A stretch of 64,000 nt of DNA, taken from positions 33,976,001 to 34,040,000 of the forward strand of contig OZ296655.1 of NCBI GenBank assembly GCA_965655095.1. Direction: 5' to 3'. The stretch comes from Haplodiscus bocki. Lineage: Eukaryota. Positions within the stretch are counted from its first letter, which is position 1. Each line of letters opens with the position of its first letter. A program made the translations under genes and the position numbers. This document shows positions 1 to 11,869 of this stretch, in pieces. A model generated the notes under the pieces. The model saw nothing but the letters and a program-made list of their open reading frames with translations. It did no database searches and was not told where the DNA came from.

Positions 1-198
1 AAAAGGAATTCCGGCAGAGTTGTCAAAACTGTTTTCTAAGTGTCCAGACGAACATTTTTAGGGTTTTCAAAAAAATTTCCAAACGTGAACGCAACATTTT
101 TTGAAATGGTGAACGCAGTTGGCAAACATCGGGTTAAAAAACGCACGCTTTGAGTGGATGATTTTCCTTCCATATCTTAAATATGGGCGGAAAATAAT
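1..198 (+). repeat. End of a dispersed repeat (GTTGTCAAAAC..GTGTCCAGA unit) with a terminal hairpin; possibly a Helentron-like non-autonomous element
   Basis: The unit at 19-60 matches the 15290-16010 array. The hairpin ATTTTCCTTCCATAT-n5-ATATGGGCGGAAAAT lies at 161-195. Confidence 0.5.
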
Positions 199-719
199 GT
201 TAGCTTGTGGTTATTCGGCCACAATCCTGAAATTAACGTTTGATTTTGAACTGTCGTCTCCTTTGGAGTGTTTTGAACCAGTGTATTGAAATGTCATTTC
301 CCCGATTGTGATCCTGTAATACAATATAATAGTTATGCTGAGAGTGAAATTTATGCAGTTTTCGACAAAAATGAAGTTTTTCGTTCATAAGATTTGTAAT
401 TGTCTACATTGTGCCTTCTGAATTATGAGAAGACAGACTACTTTGATGAGTTCCATTCTTTCGAAGTTAGTACTGAAAAGTTTTTTCATTGGCTTTGTTT
501 ACACAGTGACCTATCAACTGGCCGCCGGCTCAGTAAACCGATTGTTCAACGAGCCGATTTTAGCTTACTTCTGAAATGTTATTGGCTGAAGTAGTGTGAT
601 TCGGCTACGGAATAATTCCGAGCGATGAGCAGAACTCAAATACGTGCAATGCAAATTCGTTCAATAGCACAGTCGGTTTATGAAGCGGTCGGCTAATCGA
701 ACGGCACCTTGTTTGCATT

Positions 720-985
720 TATGCAAGCAAGTATTGTCACAGCGTTTTTCGGATCCCTTCGCAACTCGCATTTGTGTCTACATTCTTCTAATGGTGCCTT
801 GATTTTCTTCATGCGCTCTCGCTCTCTTAAAAAAATTCTTTCACGATGCCTATTTTTTAACCTGTACGCTTATTATAGCTAGGTATAAAGCAAATTAACT
901 CATAGTCGTTCGCACTTGTTACATTTACATATAAATATAAGAATTAAAAGCAGTAGTTTTCGTTGTACCGTCACCCCTTCGAGAT
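720..985 (+). repeat. Dispersed ~270-300 bp repeat; inverted, diverged homologues at ~24300-24615 and ~28630-28945
   Basis: The blocks GCAAGCAAGT, AACTCGC.TTTG.G.CTACATTC, CTTGTTACA and AGTAGTT.TCGT..TACCGT.AC.CCTTCG occur in the same order on opposite strands. Confidence 0.7.
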
Positions 986-2199
986 CAGTTATACTTGTTC
1001 GATTTGTTCACTCGGATTCCGTTGGCGCTTCGCCTATGTGTTTTGTGCTTGGATTTTTTGCAGTTTGAATTGTATGTGTTCCATTTGCTTTTTTATTCGC
1101 CGTTTTGTTTGCAATGATTCATTTTTATTTTGCTGTTTGTATATGGAGTGAAGTAAGAGCTTCTAAACTTACTTTCCTTCTTTCAAATCCTTTAGTAAGC
1201 ATTAAGGATGAATCCAATTTTGTCATCTCGGTATTCAAAACTTTGTCTTTGAAAACCGGAGCGAAGGGTTTTTGGAACCTTTTGAAAAACTGCCTGAGTC
1301 TCTTCAAAATATGGACGTTTTCAGAAGTCTTCACTTTTTTGAAATGTCGTATTGAAGTAATTGATTGATAATCGATAATTTATACTTGTGTGTGGAAATT
1401 GATTGATAATTGATTGAAAGTCAAAATTCACTAATCGCACAGCCCTATCAATAACTAATTTTTATTGGCTTTCGAGACTTCAAAGCACTTCTTTCCAAAA
1501 TTATCAGGTAAACAAATGGAGTTGGAGAAATAATCTCGCATGGGAAGGATTAACTTTTTCTTATTGAAAACTCATTCAATAACATTGTTCGGGAGTTTGT
1601 TTGGTATCAGATATTTTCTGCATTCAATGAAAGATAAAGGTTTTTTGTTTTTTTCTTGAAACTTTTTTCTTTGATCTCAGGGGTTTAATAACACTGCCAT
1701 AGAGTGTGAATTTCGGAGCGAGAAAAGAAGCCATTCATTCTAATTCTTTTTAGCTAATCAACAAAATTTTTTCACTGGCTAATTGGTTCAAAGACTGTAT
1801 GAATTTTGTTTTTTCTTTCCGCTGGATTTTTTTCCTACTTCTTCCAAATTTTCTGTCAGTTAACGTGAAATTTGCTAGCTTCTTATCAAGGCGAGCGTAA
1901 CGAAGCCTATTATCCGTCATCAAGACATCAAATTGGACTTCCATTTTTTTACTCACCGAGTAATGTCACCGAGTTTCTCGACGTAAAAGCCGGAAGTCTG
2001 GACACCTATTGGTTTTTTATTTTTATATAAACACAGGGACAAGGTGAAAATCTATATACTATATTTTTTGGTAGTGATTACCAGTAGGACAGGTTGAAAT
2101 CAATGCAACCCAAATTTTTGATGAAGAAAGTTATTCGGCGAGTTATGAAATATTTTTCGATAAAAGCCTAGAAATCTCTAAATCACCAATATTTAAGAC

Positions 2200-5035
2200 G
2201 TCCTAACATGAATGCCAATGAAGCTGCGGCTCCCTCGGCAACTGGGGCAAGCCCGGTTCGACCAACTCGGATTGCGCGATCAAAGTAATGTCTTTCAATA
2301 CTGAAGACTGTCATTCATTGAACAAAATCGCTGATCGGACAATTCGCACGAGAAAACGGAATCAAAATTGTCCTGATCTAAGAAACACATTGCGGCCACA
2401 ACCTAACTCGACCGGAAGTCTCTGAATTTGAACTTCTCGTTGAATTCTCCATCACAAAAATGTTAACGCAATTTTCATTGAGCAAGAACCAAAATGGGAT
2501 CAAACAACAACCACGAAACGCTGATATCGAAGTAATCAGTGTACACTTGAAAAATGTGTCACGAGTGTCTTCAATCCGTCTAACATCAATTTCCCCGACA
2601 ACTTCGAAGTTGCATCCTAAAAGCTTACCCATGTAATGATGGACGACTGAAATTGCTTGGGGATACCGAGAAAAACGAAGAGGTTTCCAAGTTCGACGCA
2701 TATGAGAAAATGTGTATGAAGCTGATTTACGACCCAAAACTGGAAGCATCCTGCAATAGTTGTAGATGACGGTGAGGTTTCAACTCAGTCCTTGTGTTTG
2801 CTAGTGAAAACCTGGTTAGAGTAGAGAACAGGAACACACGCAGCCCTGCATAGCGTCGCCGACCAATCTGCTTGTCAGTTGAAAGCTCAACTGATTTTAC
2901 AACCGCGAATTTCAAGAGGAGCTTCAATTCCAGGAAAGCTGAATTGAAGGCCTTTGCCGAATACTTATCAAGACATCTGACTTTCGAACAATCTCTGAAA
3001 AACAGCGAGAAGTTCTCCCCTCATTCAGAAGGCAGAACGGTAGAACATACTAAGAGGATGTTGGGTCAAAATTATACCGGGCTTTAATGAAGACAGTGAG
3101 AAGTTAATCTAGGAGTTGGAACGTGAGTTCAGCTTATACCCTCTCAGCCATATAGCGATTGCTTGAGAATTGTTTGCTAGCGCTGTCGCTGGAAACAGAC
3201 AAAACGTATGTCAACTTTGTTGAAAGCATTGAGATGAAGCGCACTCACCAGAACAAACTTGAGAAACTGTCAGGTGAAAAAATAAGTGACAACACCCATT
3301 CCAATGTCACCCCCAACCAATTTTCCTCACAGTTTATGCTTAACAGCAGTAGCCATGGACTCATAAAAGGACACCAGAAATGATTTGCAACGTATCAAAT
3401 TTTGTCCGATGTACACGAGTCGTGAGGTGTCTCATGCATTGGAGGAATTAAAAAATAACAGCTGCCGGAATGAATTTCACGGAAATGGTTGCACACCTTC
3501 CCGAAAAGAATTCAACGATTAGTAGGTTTCTTCAGTTGCTGAACCGAGATGATGAGTGTCCCTGCAATCTGGAGGAAATGAGAAATCAATGGCTTGCCCA
3601 AAACTGGAAAGGCCGAAATGACCGGAAAATTTTCAGGCCTATGTCTTCTCTGCCGCATGTACAAGCTCCTCAACCGCCTAACGCCCATCGTTGAAGCGCA
3701 GCTGATCTAGGAGCAAACAAGTCTCAGAACCGGTAAATCAACAACCAGTCAAATACCGAAGCTAACGCAGTTCATTGAGGATGGCTTTGAGGAAAACAAG
3801 TTTTTGTTGTTGCTGTTTTCATAGAACTCAGCGCATCATTTGGCACCGTCAATCTTCAGAAACTCTTCGCGCTCTCTGATGACTACAAAATGATGAGAAT
3901 TAGAAATGACGTTTCGAAACGTTTTGACGTGGAACTGAACGTTAAAAAAGAGATGGTGAGAACAAAAGAACGCGGTACCCCAAGGTACTGTCTTCGTCCC
4001 GATTTTGTTCAACGTATTCATGAATGATCAAACCGTGCCTCCAGGAACATTAGTTTCATCTATGCAGGTGACCGTGCTATAGCTTGCCAGAAAACAAACG
4101 TAATCGGAATGGAACAGACGTCCCGGAAAGCGCTCGAATAGTTGAAATACTACAGAAATGAAGGTCTCCGGCCAAATTCATCCGCAACGGAGACTTGTCT
4201 CTTCCACCTCAAAAATAAACGCACACACGCTAATGAATATAACCTGGAATGGAACCAAACTGAAGCATACACCAAACCCAAAGCACTTGGGCGTAACCGT
4301 TGACAGGACGCTGACATTTGAAGATCACTGTGACTGCAACCAACTGAAATTGTTTGTGCGGAATCACCTACGGAAGCTGATGTTACCTTCGCGCGGAGCA
4401 TTAACCCTCACCTTTTCTACTCCAGATTACTCTTGCCCTGTCTGGTCACTATTGAGTGATTGCCAGAAAGTGATGGAAGCCCTGAGACCTGCGTAAACGT
4501 GGCTGGGTGCTTGGATCGAGGAGTGACTAAATTGCACACATTTGCGGGCATTAGTCCCCACAAATGGGAAGATGAGTTTGGACCCGGAAGAAACATCGGA
4601 AGCAACAAGACGATGGATGGCACCCCCTGTTCGAGCAGAGCACAATGATCAAGTTCCGGTAAAGCTTCCTAAAGATCCACAGAGCTCACGAGAGCGTAGA
4701 TGTCTTCCAGATCAACAAATGAAAATTCCCGAGTGCTCTAAGAGAACATGTATACCAAAGTGAAGAGACTTCCACTTCGCGGGATCCTTTCATGGAAAAC
4801 GTGGTACTGCTTAGTTCGACTTCGAGATAAGGCAGGAAAGTGCTGCAGTACCCTTCTCAACTGGGGTCCGAAAGATGGACCCCTATTGCACTTGCGGACA
4901 ACTTGAAACCTTGTCCCATCTTACGCTATACCCACAAAAGAGAAATGCAACAGAAAATCAAATGTGGTAAGCATCCAAATTTGTCATCAAACTAGCACGA
5001 GAGCATGAGGACACCATATATGGGACATGATGACG
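2200..5035 (+). mobile_element. Decayed, near full-length non-LTR retrotransposon (APE + RT + C-terminal Zn region), Ingi/Vingi-like
   Basis: Frameshifted fragments include APE-like KVMSFNTE and IVLI*ETH (~2280-2390). RT fragments are PQGTVFVPILFNVFMNDQ, FIYAGD and PNPKHLGVTVDRTLTFEDH. A C-terminal WKTWYCLVRLR..NWG..ETLSH follows, and the element ends at CATGATGAC. The clade call is tentative. Confidence 0.8.
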
Positions 5036-6905
5036 GCAACTAGTCCCTGCTAACAAAAAATACAGATCTGTTATTGGCCAAATGAATGTTTATTCAGACC
5101 TTCCTGCAGATGAAGAAACAATGGCTTCAACTAGGTTTTTTCCGCTGATACACCTTTTGTTTTTTTATTAGACGTTTGAATTTCACGAGGGAAAATGCCA
5201 CTTTTTGGCGTGTCTCCGACTGCATTGCTCCAGATTCATCATGGATCGTTGCAGAGTTTTTCAATGTCATTTCCTTTTTCGCAGATTTTTTTAAACGTTG
5301 CAATGGCGTTTTTTACGCGAAAGATTTTTTGGACATGAAAAGCTGTATCAGCTTCAAATCCGAAAGATTTTCAATTAGTTTCCGTAGCGGCAAGCTTTGG
5401 TGGTACATTCAGATTTTCTCCCAAGGTCTCGGTTTCATGAATGTTTGGACGAGTAATGTTGGAAGTTTCCGGAAAGTTTACGTTTTTTGCTATTTCTTAA
5501 GAGTCACAAAATGGATTGCTTCTGGATTACTGCTTGATTGAGTAGTTGAAAAACTTTACATTATGTCCCCAGTGTTTGCTCAAGTGTTTGACATGAAAAA
5601 TAGAAACTCACCATTTTCGATGGTCTCTAAATGATGCCTTCCTGCTGTCACCGAGAATCAACTCTAGAGTTTGAAAGGCGTTTATAGGCTCCTGGAAACT
5701 ACACGATCTCATTTTTCGAATATAGTGAATTTCGTTAAAATTGGTCGAAAACTTCGTATTCAGTCGGTGCTTTAGTTATTTAACTAAAAAGCCCGACTAT
5801 AGTATTACTTCGCTTTTTCAAGATGACAGACCTTACTCTCTAACCGATGATTTGTTGTAACCGAGACGTTTTATAAACGGTACATACCTAGAACGTTGCA
5901 AAGACTTCCCCAAGCGTACCAAAGCCCAAAAGCCGGAAAATTTCGCAAAAGCAGATAATATAAAATTTGTCCTTGTGAATCCAAAATTTTCGAGATAAAT
6001 ACCAACAAACTTTTGTGATACCCTCCGCACACTTTTTGCTGATCGCAATTTTGGCAACTGAGTTTCCCTATTACATTACCGAAATTACTCTCAATGAAAC
6101 CTTTCTGTGCTCTGAGAAGAATTTTCCTCACAGAATTAACGATAACATATAAATTCTTCCGTTTTCTTAACATCTTAACAGTATATGAAATGTAAACAAA
6201 AACGGAGTAGAAGGTACTTAAAACATCGAAAGTTGTGATGCAAAATCAATCTCCTATCTTAATACTTAGAGGTGCAAAATCTCCTGACTTCTATAATAAT
6301 GATCCTGGAAGTTTCAAGCAAACACCATTGTAAACTAGATAAATTTCTAAGAAACTTTTGTTTCGAACATAGTTTGTGATTTTCAGTTGTTTTTCTAGTA
6401 TTACGCAAGTATTAGTAGCGTTCCAGTATTAATTCACAAATAAAGGTTCCATTCTTTTCTGACACTACTGTAGCTTCAGCAAGCAGCCAGCTTCTTGGAA
6501 GGTACTTGAGATTTGTGAATTGTGTGCACTGTCTACTGACTCGCAAAAGAGGTATTCAGTGAATACACTGGTAGCAGCAGCTACAGCTTCGACTGGGAGG
6601 AAATAACGGAATAAAAGACTGACAACAATGAAAGTTTCGGAGCACTTCTGTTCAACAAATGCGCTTTTCAAAACTTGACGGTAGCGCCAAACTTGGGTCC
6701 CCATGCAAAGTGAACGGGGTTGTGTGAGAATTAAAGTTGACAGAATTGATCCGATTACTATTTTACCCTTTTGCACTGGCGGTAAATCGAAAACCGTATG
6801 ATATTAAAGGAGGCCTATACATGCGTCCGAAAAAAATTTCTCAATGCCTTGTCAAATTTTCAACAGTGCTATTTTTTCAGATAGGGTTGTCTAAAAGTAG
6901 AAAAA

Positions 6906-8165
6906 ATGGGACGTCTCAAAGACAGATCAGATGTGGGCGCGAGCAAGGGAAAGGGTAAAAATCGTTTGGCTGTGCGCAAATCACTGGAAGTTGCTGAAGA
7001 ATATTCCAGAAAAGCTCTTAAAGGTGAAGAAGCAATGCCCAAAAAGTTAACCTCCAGGTCTCGCAAAAGGCTGGCGAGGCGAACAAAGAAAGAAGAAATG
7101 CTGAAGGCTACGAAACTGGACAAGATGAAAAAAGTGAAGGAAAAGGAAGTCGAGAAAGAAGTTTGGGAGAACTCGGATTTGGAAGACGAAGAGGAAGTAG
7201 AAGCAAAAGAGCCCATGTCGAAGAAGTTGAAGCTGTTCAATGACGAAGCGGACGATAATGATATCAACGGGTTTGGGCCTGAGTCGGGATCTGATTTTGA
7301 AGGCGACAATGACGATGATGAACTGCCAGACGATGATTTTGGCGCCAAAAATGATAGCAGTTCAGATCAAGAAGAAACAATTGTGAAAAAGTCTAGAAAA
7401 ATTTTGAAGAAAGATGCTGCGATGCGTGCAGCAGCTGAAAAGGAACTGAAGTTAAATATCGCCAAACCCGGTGCGCATCATGAAGGTTCAGACGACGAGG
7501 ATGAAAATATTTTGAATGATAACAGAACAGATTATAATTCTATGAAAGACAAAATATCGGCAAAGTTGAACTTATTGAATTCAAACTTAAAGCTTAAAGC
7601 TTACGTAGCTCAACAGAAAGCAATGGGCAATGAAATGAGTCGTAACGATATTCTTAAGAGTGTAATCAAAGAGTTGAGAAAATTTTATTCCTACAACTCG
7701 TTTTTGATGAAAGAACTTTTTGATCTTTTCACGCCCAGAACAATTCTTGATTTTTTGGAGGCCAATGAAGCAAAAAGGCCAGTGACGATAAGGACAAATA
7801 CTCTGAAAACAAGAAGAAAAGATCTGGCACAAGCTTTGATAAACAGAGGAGTCAATCTGGACCCCATTGGACCCTGGAGCAAAGTGGGTCTGGTCATTTT
7901 CCAATCCCAGGTGCCGATCGGTGCTACTCCGGAATATCTGGCTGGTCATTATATGATCCAGGGTGCATCCAGTATGTTGCCAGTTATATCTCTGGCCCCT
8001 AAAATGAATGAGCATGTTCTGGATTTGTGCGCTGCTCCGGGTATGAAAACCTCTTACATTGCACAGCTGATGAAAAACACTGGTACCCTTGTTGCAAATG
8101 ATGCTAATGCCGAGAGGTGTAAAGCCATCGTGGGAAATCTACATCGAGCTGGAGTGTCGAATACA
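6906..8165 (+). CDS. NOP2: NOP2/NSUN1 rRNA (cytosine-C5) methyltransferase, coding exon 1 (420 codons)
   Basis: The basic/acidic N-terminus is followed by NOP2-typical blocks YSYNSFLM, RPVTIRTNTLKTRRKDLAQALINRGVNLDP, PIGATPEYLAGHYMIQGASS and motif I LDLCAAPGMKT. Similarity stops after LHRAGVSNT at the donor ACA|GTTAGT (phase 0). Confidence 0.96.
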
Positions 8166-8689
8166 GTTAGTAAAAGTGACTTTATTTACTACAGACATCT
8201 TGAAAGTAAAAGAAACCAAGATTACCTTATTCATATGCAAAAACTGGCGTTAACTATTTTTGCAAGTAAAAATGGACTCTACATCAATTGGGACCAAAGA
8301 CATCTTCGGACTCGAAAGCAGATTCGGACTGAAGACAAATTCGGACTTACTTCAAAATTCGACACGAGTTTTTTCGCTAATTAGCCTAATTACTAAATTA
8401 GCAAATAAACCAAAGTCGATTTATTTTCGAAAATTAACCATTTCTATTCTACAAATTCAAATACAGATTCAAGGGCGGCATTAGCTTTGTGGTTTTGGGC
8501 TGGTTATATTTATGTTATATTATATTTTAGTTAATATCATAAAAGTTAAAGTTCCAAATTTATTCTAAAACGGCCAAGGTCGGCGCAGCCCGTAAGTCGC
8601 AAAACCTTTGAGGGGGAGCTTTTGGTGTTGTTAAGCTGGCAAATCACCTACTTATTACACTCTTAGTTTTATTTGAGTCTTTTCAAACT

Positions 8690-9110
8690 TGTTTTTCTCG
8701 AAGAAACTTGTGGTTGGATTGAAGCCAGCCAGTGCTCATTCCAATTCCCGCAATATATGAAGTCGGCGGAGGAATCGGAAAGTTTTATTTCATACAGATG
8801 TAATTTACATTTTTTTCAGTGGAATCATTTTCTCTGTAAATTTTTCAATTTGAAAACGTCAATAAAATAAACCATTTTCCTCAGTAATTAGTCGGTGCCT
8901 TTGCTCACTTTCTTCGCAAGTGTTTGCAAAGCGGACCTTCGCCTCTGTGTTAAGTTTACTAAGGACAAATTTTTCGGATTCGCAAAGCGGGTATTCACGA
9001 TTTTGCGATTTTTTTTAAATTACTGGAATTTCAAATTCCTGGTTTTGAAAGTTAGTGTGAATAAGAAAGAAGAAAGAAAGACTTTATTTCTCCCAATTTT
9101 TAGCATAAAA
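8690..9110 (+). repeat. Dispersed repeat, homologous to ~34970-35500 in intron 2
   Basis: Shared blocks are GGTTGGATTG..GCTCATTC, TTTTCTCTGTAAATTTT and ATTAGTCG.TGCC.TT.CTCACTTT..TCGCAAGT.TTTGC.AAGC. Confidence 0.65.
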
Positions 9111-9139
9111 TTTATTATATAATTGAAATATCGTAACAT

Positions 9140-10745
9140 GGAATAACATAAATAAGATTAGGTCGGCAAAATCGATCGATGGAGAGGATAGACTGAGGGC
9201 TCACTAGGAGCCCACTTGAGAGTCTACCCCGGCTATGCCTATGGCACTGAAATGAACTAGTAAAAAATGACAAAATACCATTTAGATTCATTTTTCAATT
9301 TTTTTCCATTTTTTATACTTCGATCTTCTCTGTTGGATGAAGTGTTTCTTGAGCCCATGCTACTGCATACAATTTGGGCAGAGTAAGGCTTTTAGCAATG
9401 ACCAAAAAGCCTATTTTCAAGAATATGATTATCTTTAGTTGAGTGGTATATGCATAGCACCCAACTACGATGATATCAACAAGCCGCCAACCACGATGAA
9501 CTGTGCCAGGAAGACATCTATTAGTTGCTTTTGGCCCCGGGCAGTCATCGCAGCAATCAACGACAAGCATCAACCATCAAGATAGTCACGTTCTTACCTT
9601 TCAAAAACAATTTTTGCGAGATCTATGTTTGAAAGTATATAAAGATCACGGAACGTATTAACAAAATCCGTTACTTCGCAGTCTTTCATTGAGCCAAAAT
9701 TTTTTGGAAGCAAACCTTTCTGACTCAAAAAATTCAAAAATTTACTGCCTCTGTGCTTCAGCAAAGAAGAATGGAACGTTGATCACTTGGATGAAATTGT
9801 AAAACTGAGCAATCGAGAACTTCTAGTACTTTTTTGACCGGAATTGAGTTCTTGAAATTTTTTGAAAAAAGCAGTGGTTGAAAGATTATTGACCGACTTG
9901 CACACAAATTTTATGAGTTCATAGGCATAGAGCTCATGCACTGTTACAATTTTCACATCCTCGAAAACTTTATCCAAAGTGTTTGCTTCTAAAATAAATT
10001 AACCGAAGTTTTTTCTTTGCATTGCTAGAATTGGTTCAAGTACAGTGAAAGAAGTACATTCATAAACTAGTATGAGATATTGAACAATTGGTTCCACATT
10101 ACAAAAATAATACTTCAACAAAACGCTTCGCGGAACATAATGCCGCATTTGGGATATCACGCCTGAATGCCTGGCAAGTTTGAATCTAGTATATCTGACA
10201 TGTTCACAAAACTTGACATTTCCATCAATCAAAACTCCTAAATACTTACAATAATCATTTGTATTTTATGAAGACTCATTTATTTCAACCTGCAGAGTTG
10301 AAGCACTCCTCTTTCTGTTAAAATTAAGTAAACTCGACTTGTCAACATTTATAGATAACTTATTGGAAAGGAACCAGTCGCATATACTGGAGAGATCGTT
10401 CTGAAAACTTGCGGAGGACGAACAAACACTTGTAATGTTGGTATTGTCTGCAAACAGATACACTTGCGAGAACTGAACTGCTTTAGGAATGTCATTAATG
10501 TAAACCAGGAACAATAGTGGTCCTAAAACAGAACCCTGCGGAACTCCTGTTGTTATATTGGCCCAATCGGACGCTTGACCGTTAACTTCTACAAACTGCA
10601 TTCTTTTTGATTGATAACTTTCAAACCATTTGTTTGCGATTTCTCTAACTTCGTGAGCCTCTACTTTGTCTAGCAAATAAATTCTTGTTGCAGTACAATT
10701 TTTTTTTACTTTCCACTCGTGTAGATATGGAAGGAGAATCATTCA
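9140..10745 (-). mobile_element. 5'-truncated CR1/L2-group LINE (C-terminal half of RT plus 3' UTR), antisense in NOP2 intron 1
   Basis: Translates GVPQGSVLGPLLFLVYINDIP..YLFADNTNI and WFLSNKLSINVDKS, then KYLGVLIDGNVKFCEHV. A 3' stem-loop lies at ~9189-9226. Confidence 0.9.
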
Positions 10746-11169
10746 CTCCCCACGTGCCTTCTTTTTCCTAGTAAAGTTGTCATTGCACTATTGTGACAAA
10801 GTCGTGCAATTTTGACTTAGAAAATTTTTCATAACCAAATTATGTCAAGTTTGCTGTAGAATGCAAATAAAACAGTATCATTTCTTGAAGAACCCTTCTG
10901 GGCATAACTTTGGTTTGTATGCTCATTGCCTCTAGATTTTACTTTTTGCTTTTGTTGGCTCTTCTACTTCGTGCTGATTACTTTGAAAAGAAATTATTGA
11001 AGGTTTTATAAACGCTGCTAATTACCACTAATTACAGTTAATCAACAATATCAAAATTTTGAAACTTAAATAGCTTTCACAATTAGAATGCTCTTTTTTA
11101 TACTAATAACTGATGAATATTGTTGATATCGAATAAGTAATTTAGATATTGAGCACTTGTTTGCTTTAG

Positions 11170-11293
11170 GTCATTTGTTCTTTCGATGGCAGAGCAGTGA
11201 ATAAGTTCTATCCGACTTTGTTCGACAGAGTGCTGGTGGATGCTCCTTGCAGCGGAACTGGTATCGGTTCCAAAGACACCTCAGTCAAAACCT
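11170..11293 (+). CDS. NOP2: NOP2 coding exon 2 (motif IV, DAPCSG)
   Basis: The acceptor is TTTAG|GTC and the donor is T|GTAAGT (phase 1). It translates VICSFDGRAVNKFYPTLFDRVLVDAPCSGTGIGSKDTSVKT in frame with exon 1. Confidence 0.95.
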
Positions 11294-11529
11294 GTAAGTG
11301 GTCTGCATGTCCCTCTTCGATAGTGACAACTTATATTATACTAATTAATCAACTCAATAAAATATTGCTAGTTATAAATATTTGGATCATAATTCTTGAC
11401 CCTGTTCAAAATATTTCTTAGTCCAGCTTACCATCAACCAGGTTAAACGGAAAAAGCTTTATGAAGGTGGCAACGCCAGGTTAATAGATTGACGGTTCTG
11501 TTTTTGTTTGAACGATAAAAACCTCTGTT

Positions 11530-11865
11530 GGCGCTCTTCATTGCCGATTGGTCTTCGACCTATGTTTTGTCGACTTTGTATGAACTACATTTAAGAAAAA
11601 CCCCAAAAGAAAAAGAAAATAAAATAACAATTAGGACAAAATAATAGTGCAGAGAGAGCATCATATTGCTTTAGGCGTTATTCCCGAAATGGATTTAGAT
11701 ATTATCTCTCCCCCCCCCCCCCCCAAAAAAAAAGTGGGATAAAGATCCAAAACAGAATAAGGTCTAAAACCCCTAAAACATTAAGAGAATAACGTGTTAA
11801 ACTCACTCGGGAATAACGTCTAAAAACACAGTGTTACTAAGATACTGGAGGAGCTTGAAATTACA
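11530..11865 (+). repeat. Diverged direct repeat of ~32243-32560 (unique segment plus one minisatellite unit)
   Basis: TTCGACCTATGTTTTGTC.ACTTT.TATGAACTAC, TTAGGACAAAAT, TTCCCGAAATGGATTTAGAT, a C-run and TACTAAGATACTGGA are colinear in both copies. Confidence 0.8.
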
Positions 11866-11869
11866 GACA

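Larger units (their letters stand above)
8166..11169 (+). other. NOP2 intron 1 (3004 bp, GT-AG)
   Basis: Defined by the flanking exons; it contains a LINE and a dispersed repeat. Confidence 0.9.

Noticed and set aside
1340-1447. hAT-like MITE (end reads TAGGGCTGTGCGATT on the minus strand)
   Set aside because: Only one terminus was found, with no partner TIR or TSD.
6465-6776. 103-aa minus-strand ORF as a divergent neighbouring gene
   Set aside because: It has no recognisable motif or splice structure, so I cannot support it.
6869-8015. Minus-strand ORFs (159, 142 and 68 aa)
   Set aside because: They are antisense shadows of NOP2 exon 1.
8166-8384. C-terminal 72 aa of the 492-aa ORF as part of NOP2
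   Set aside because: This is read-through into intron 1; NOP2 similarity stops at a GT donor and resumes in exon 2.
11108-11155. Intronic C/D snoRNA near the exon 2 acceptor (TGATGA)
   Set aside because: There is no downstream CTGA D box or terminal stem.
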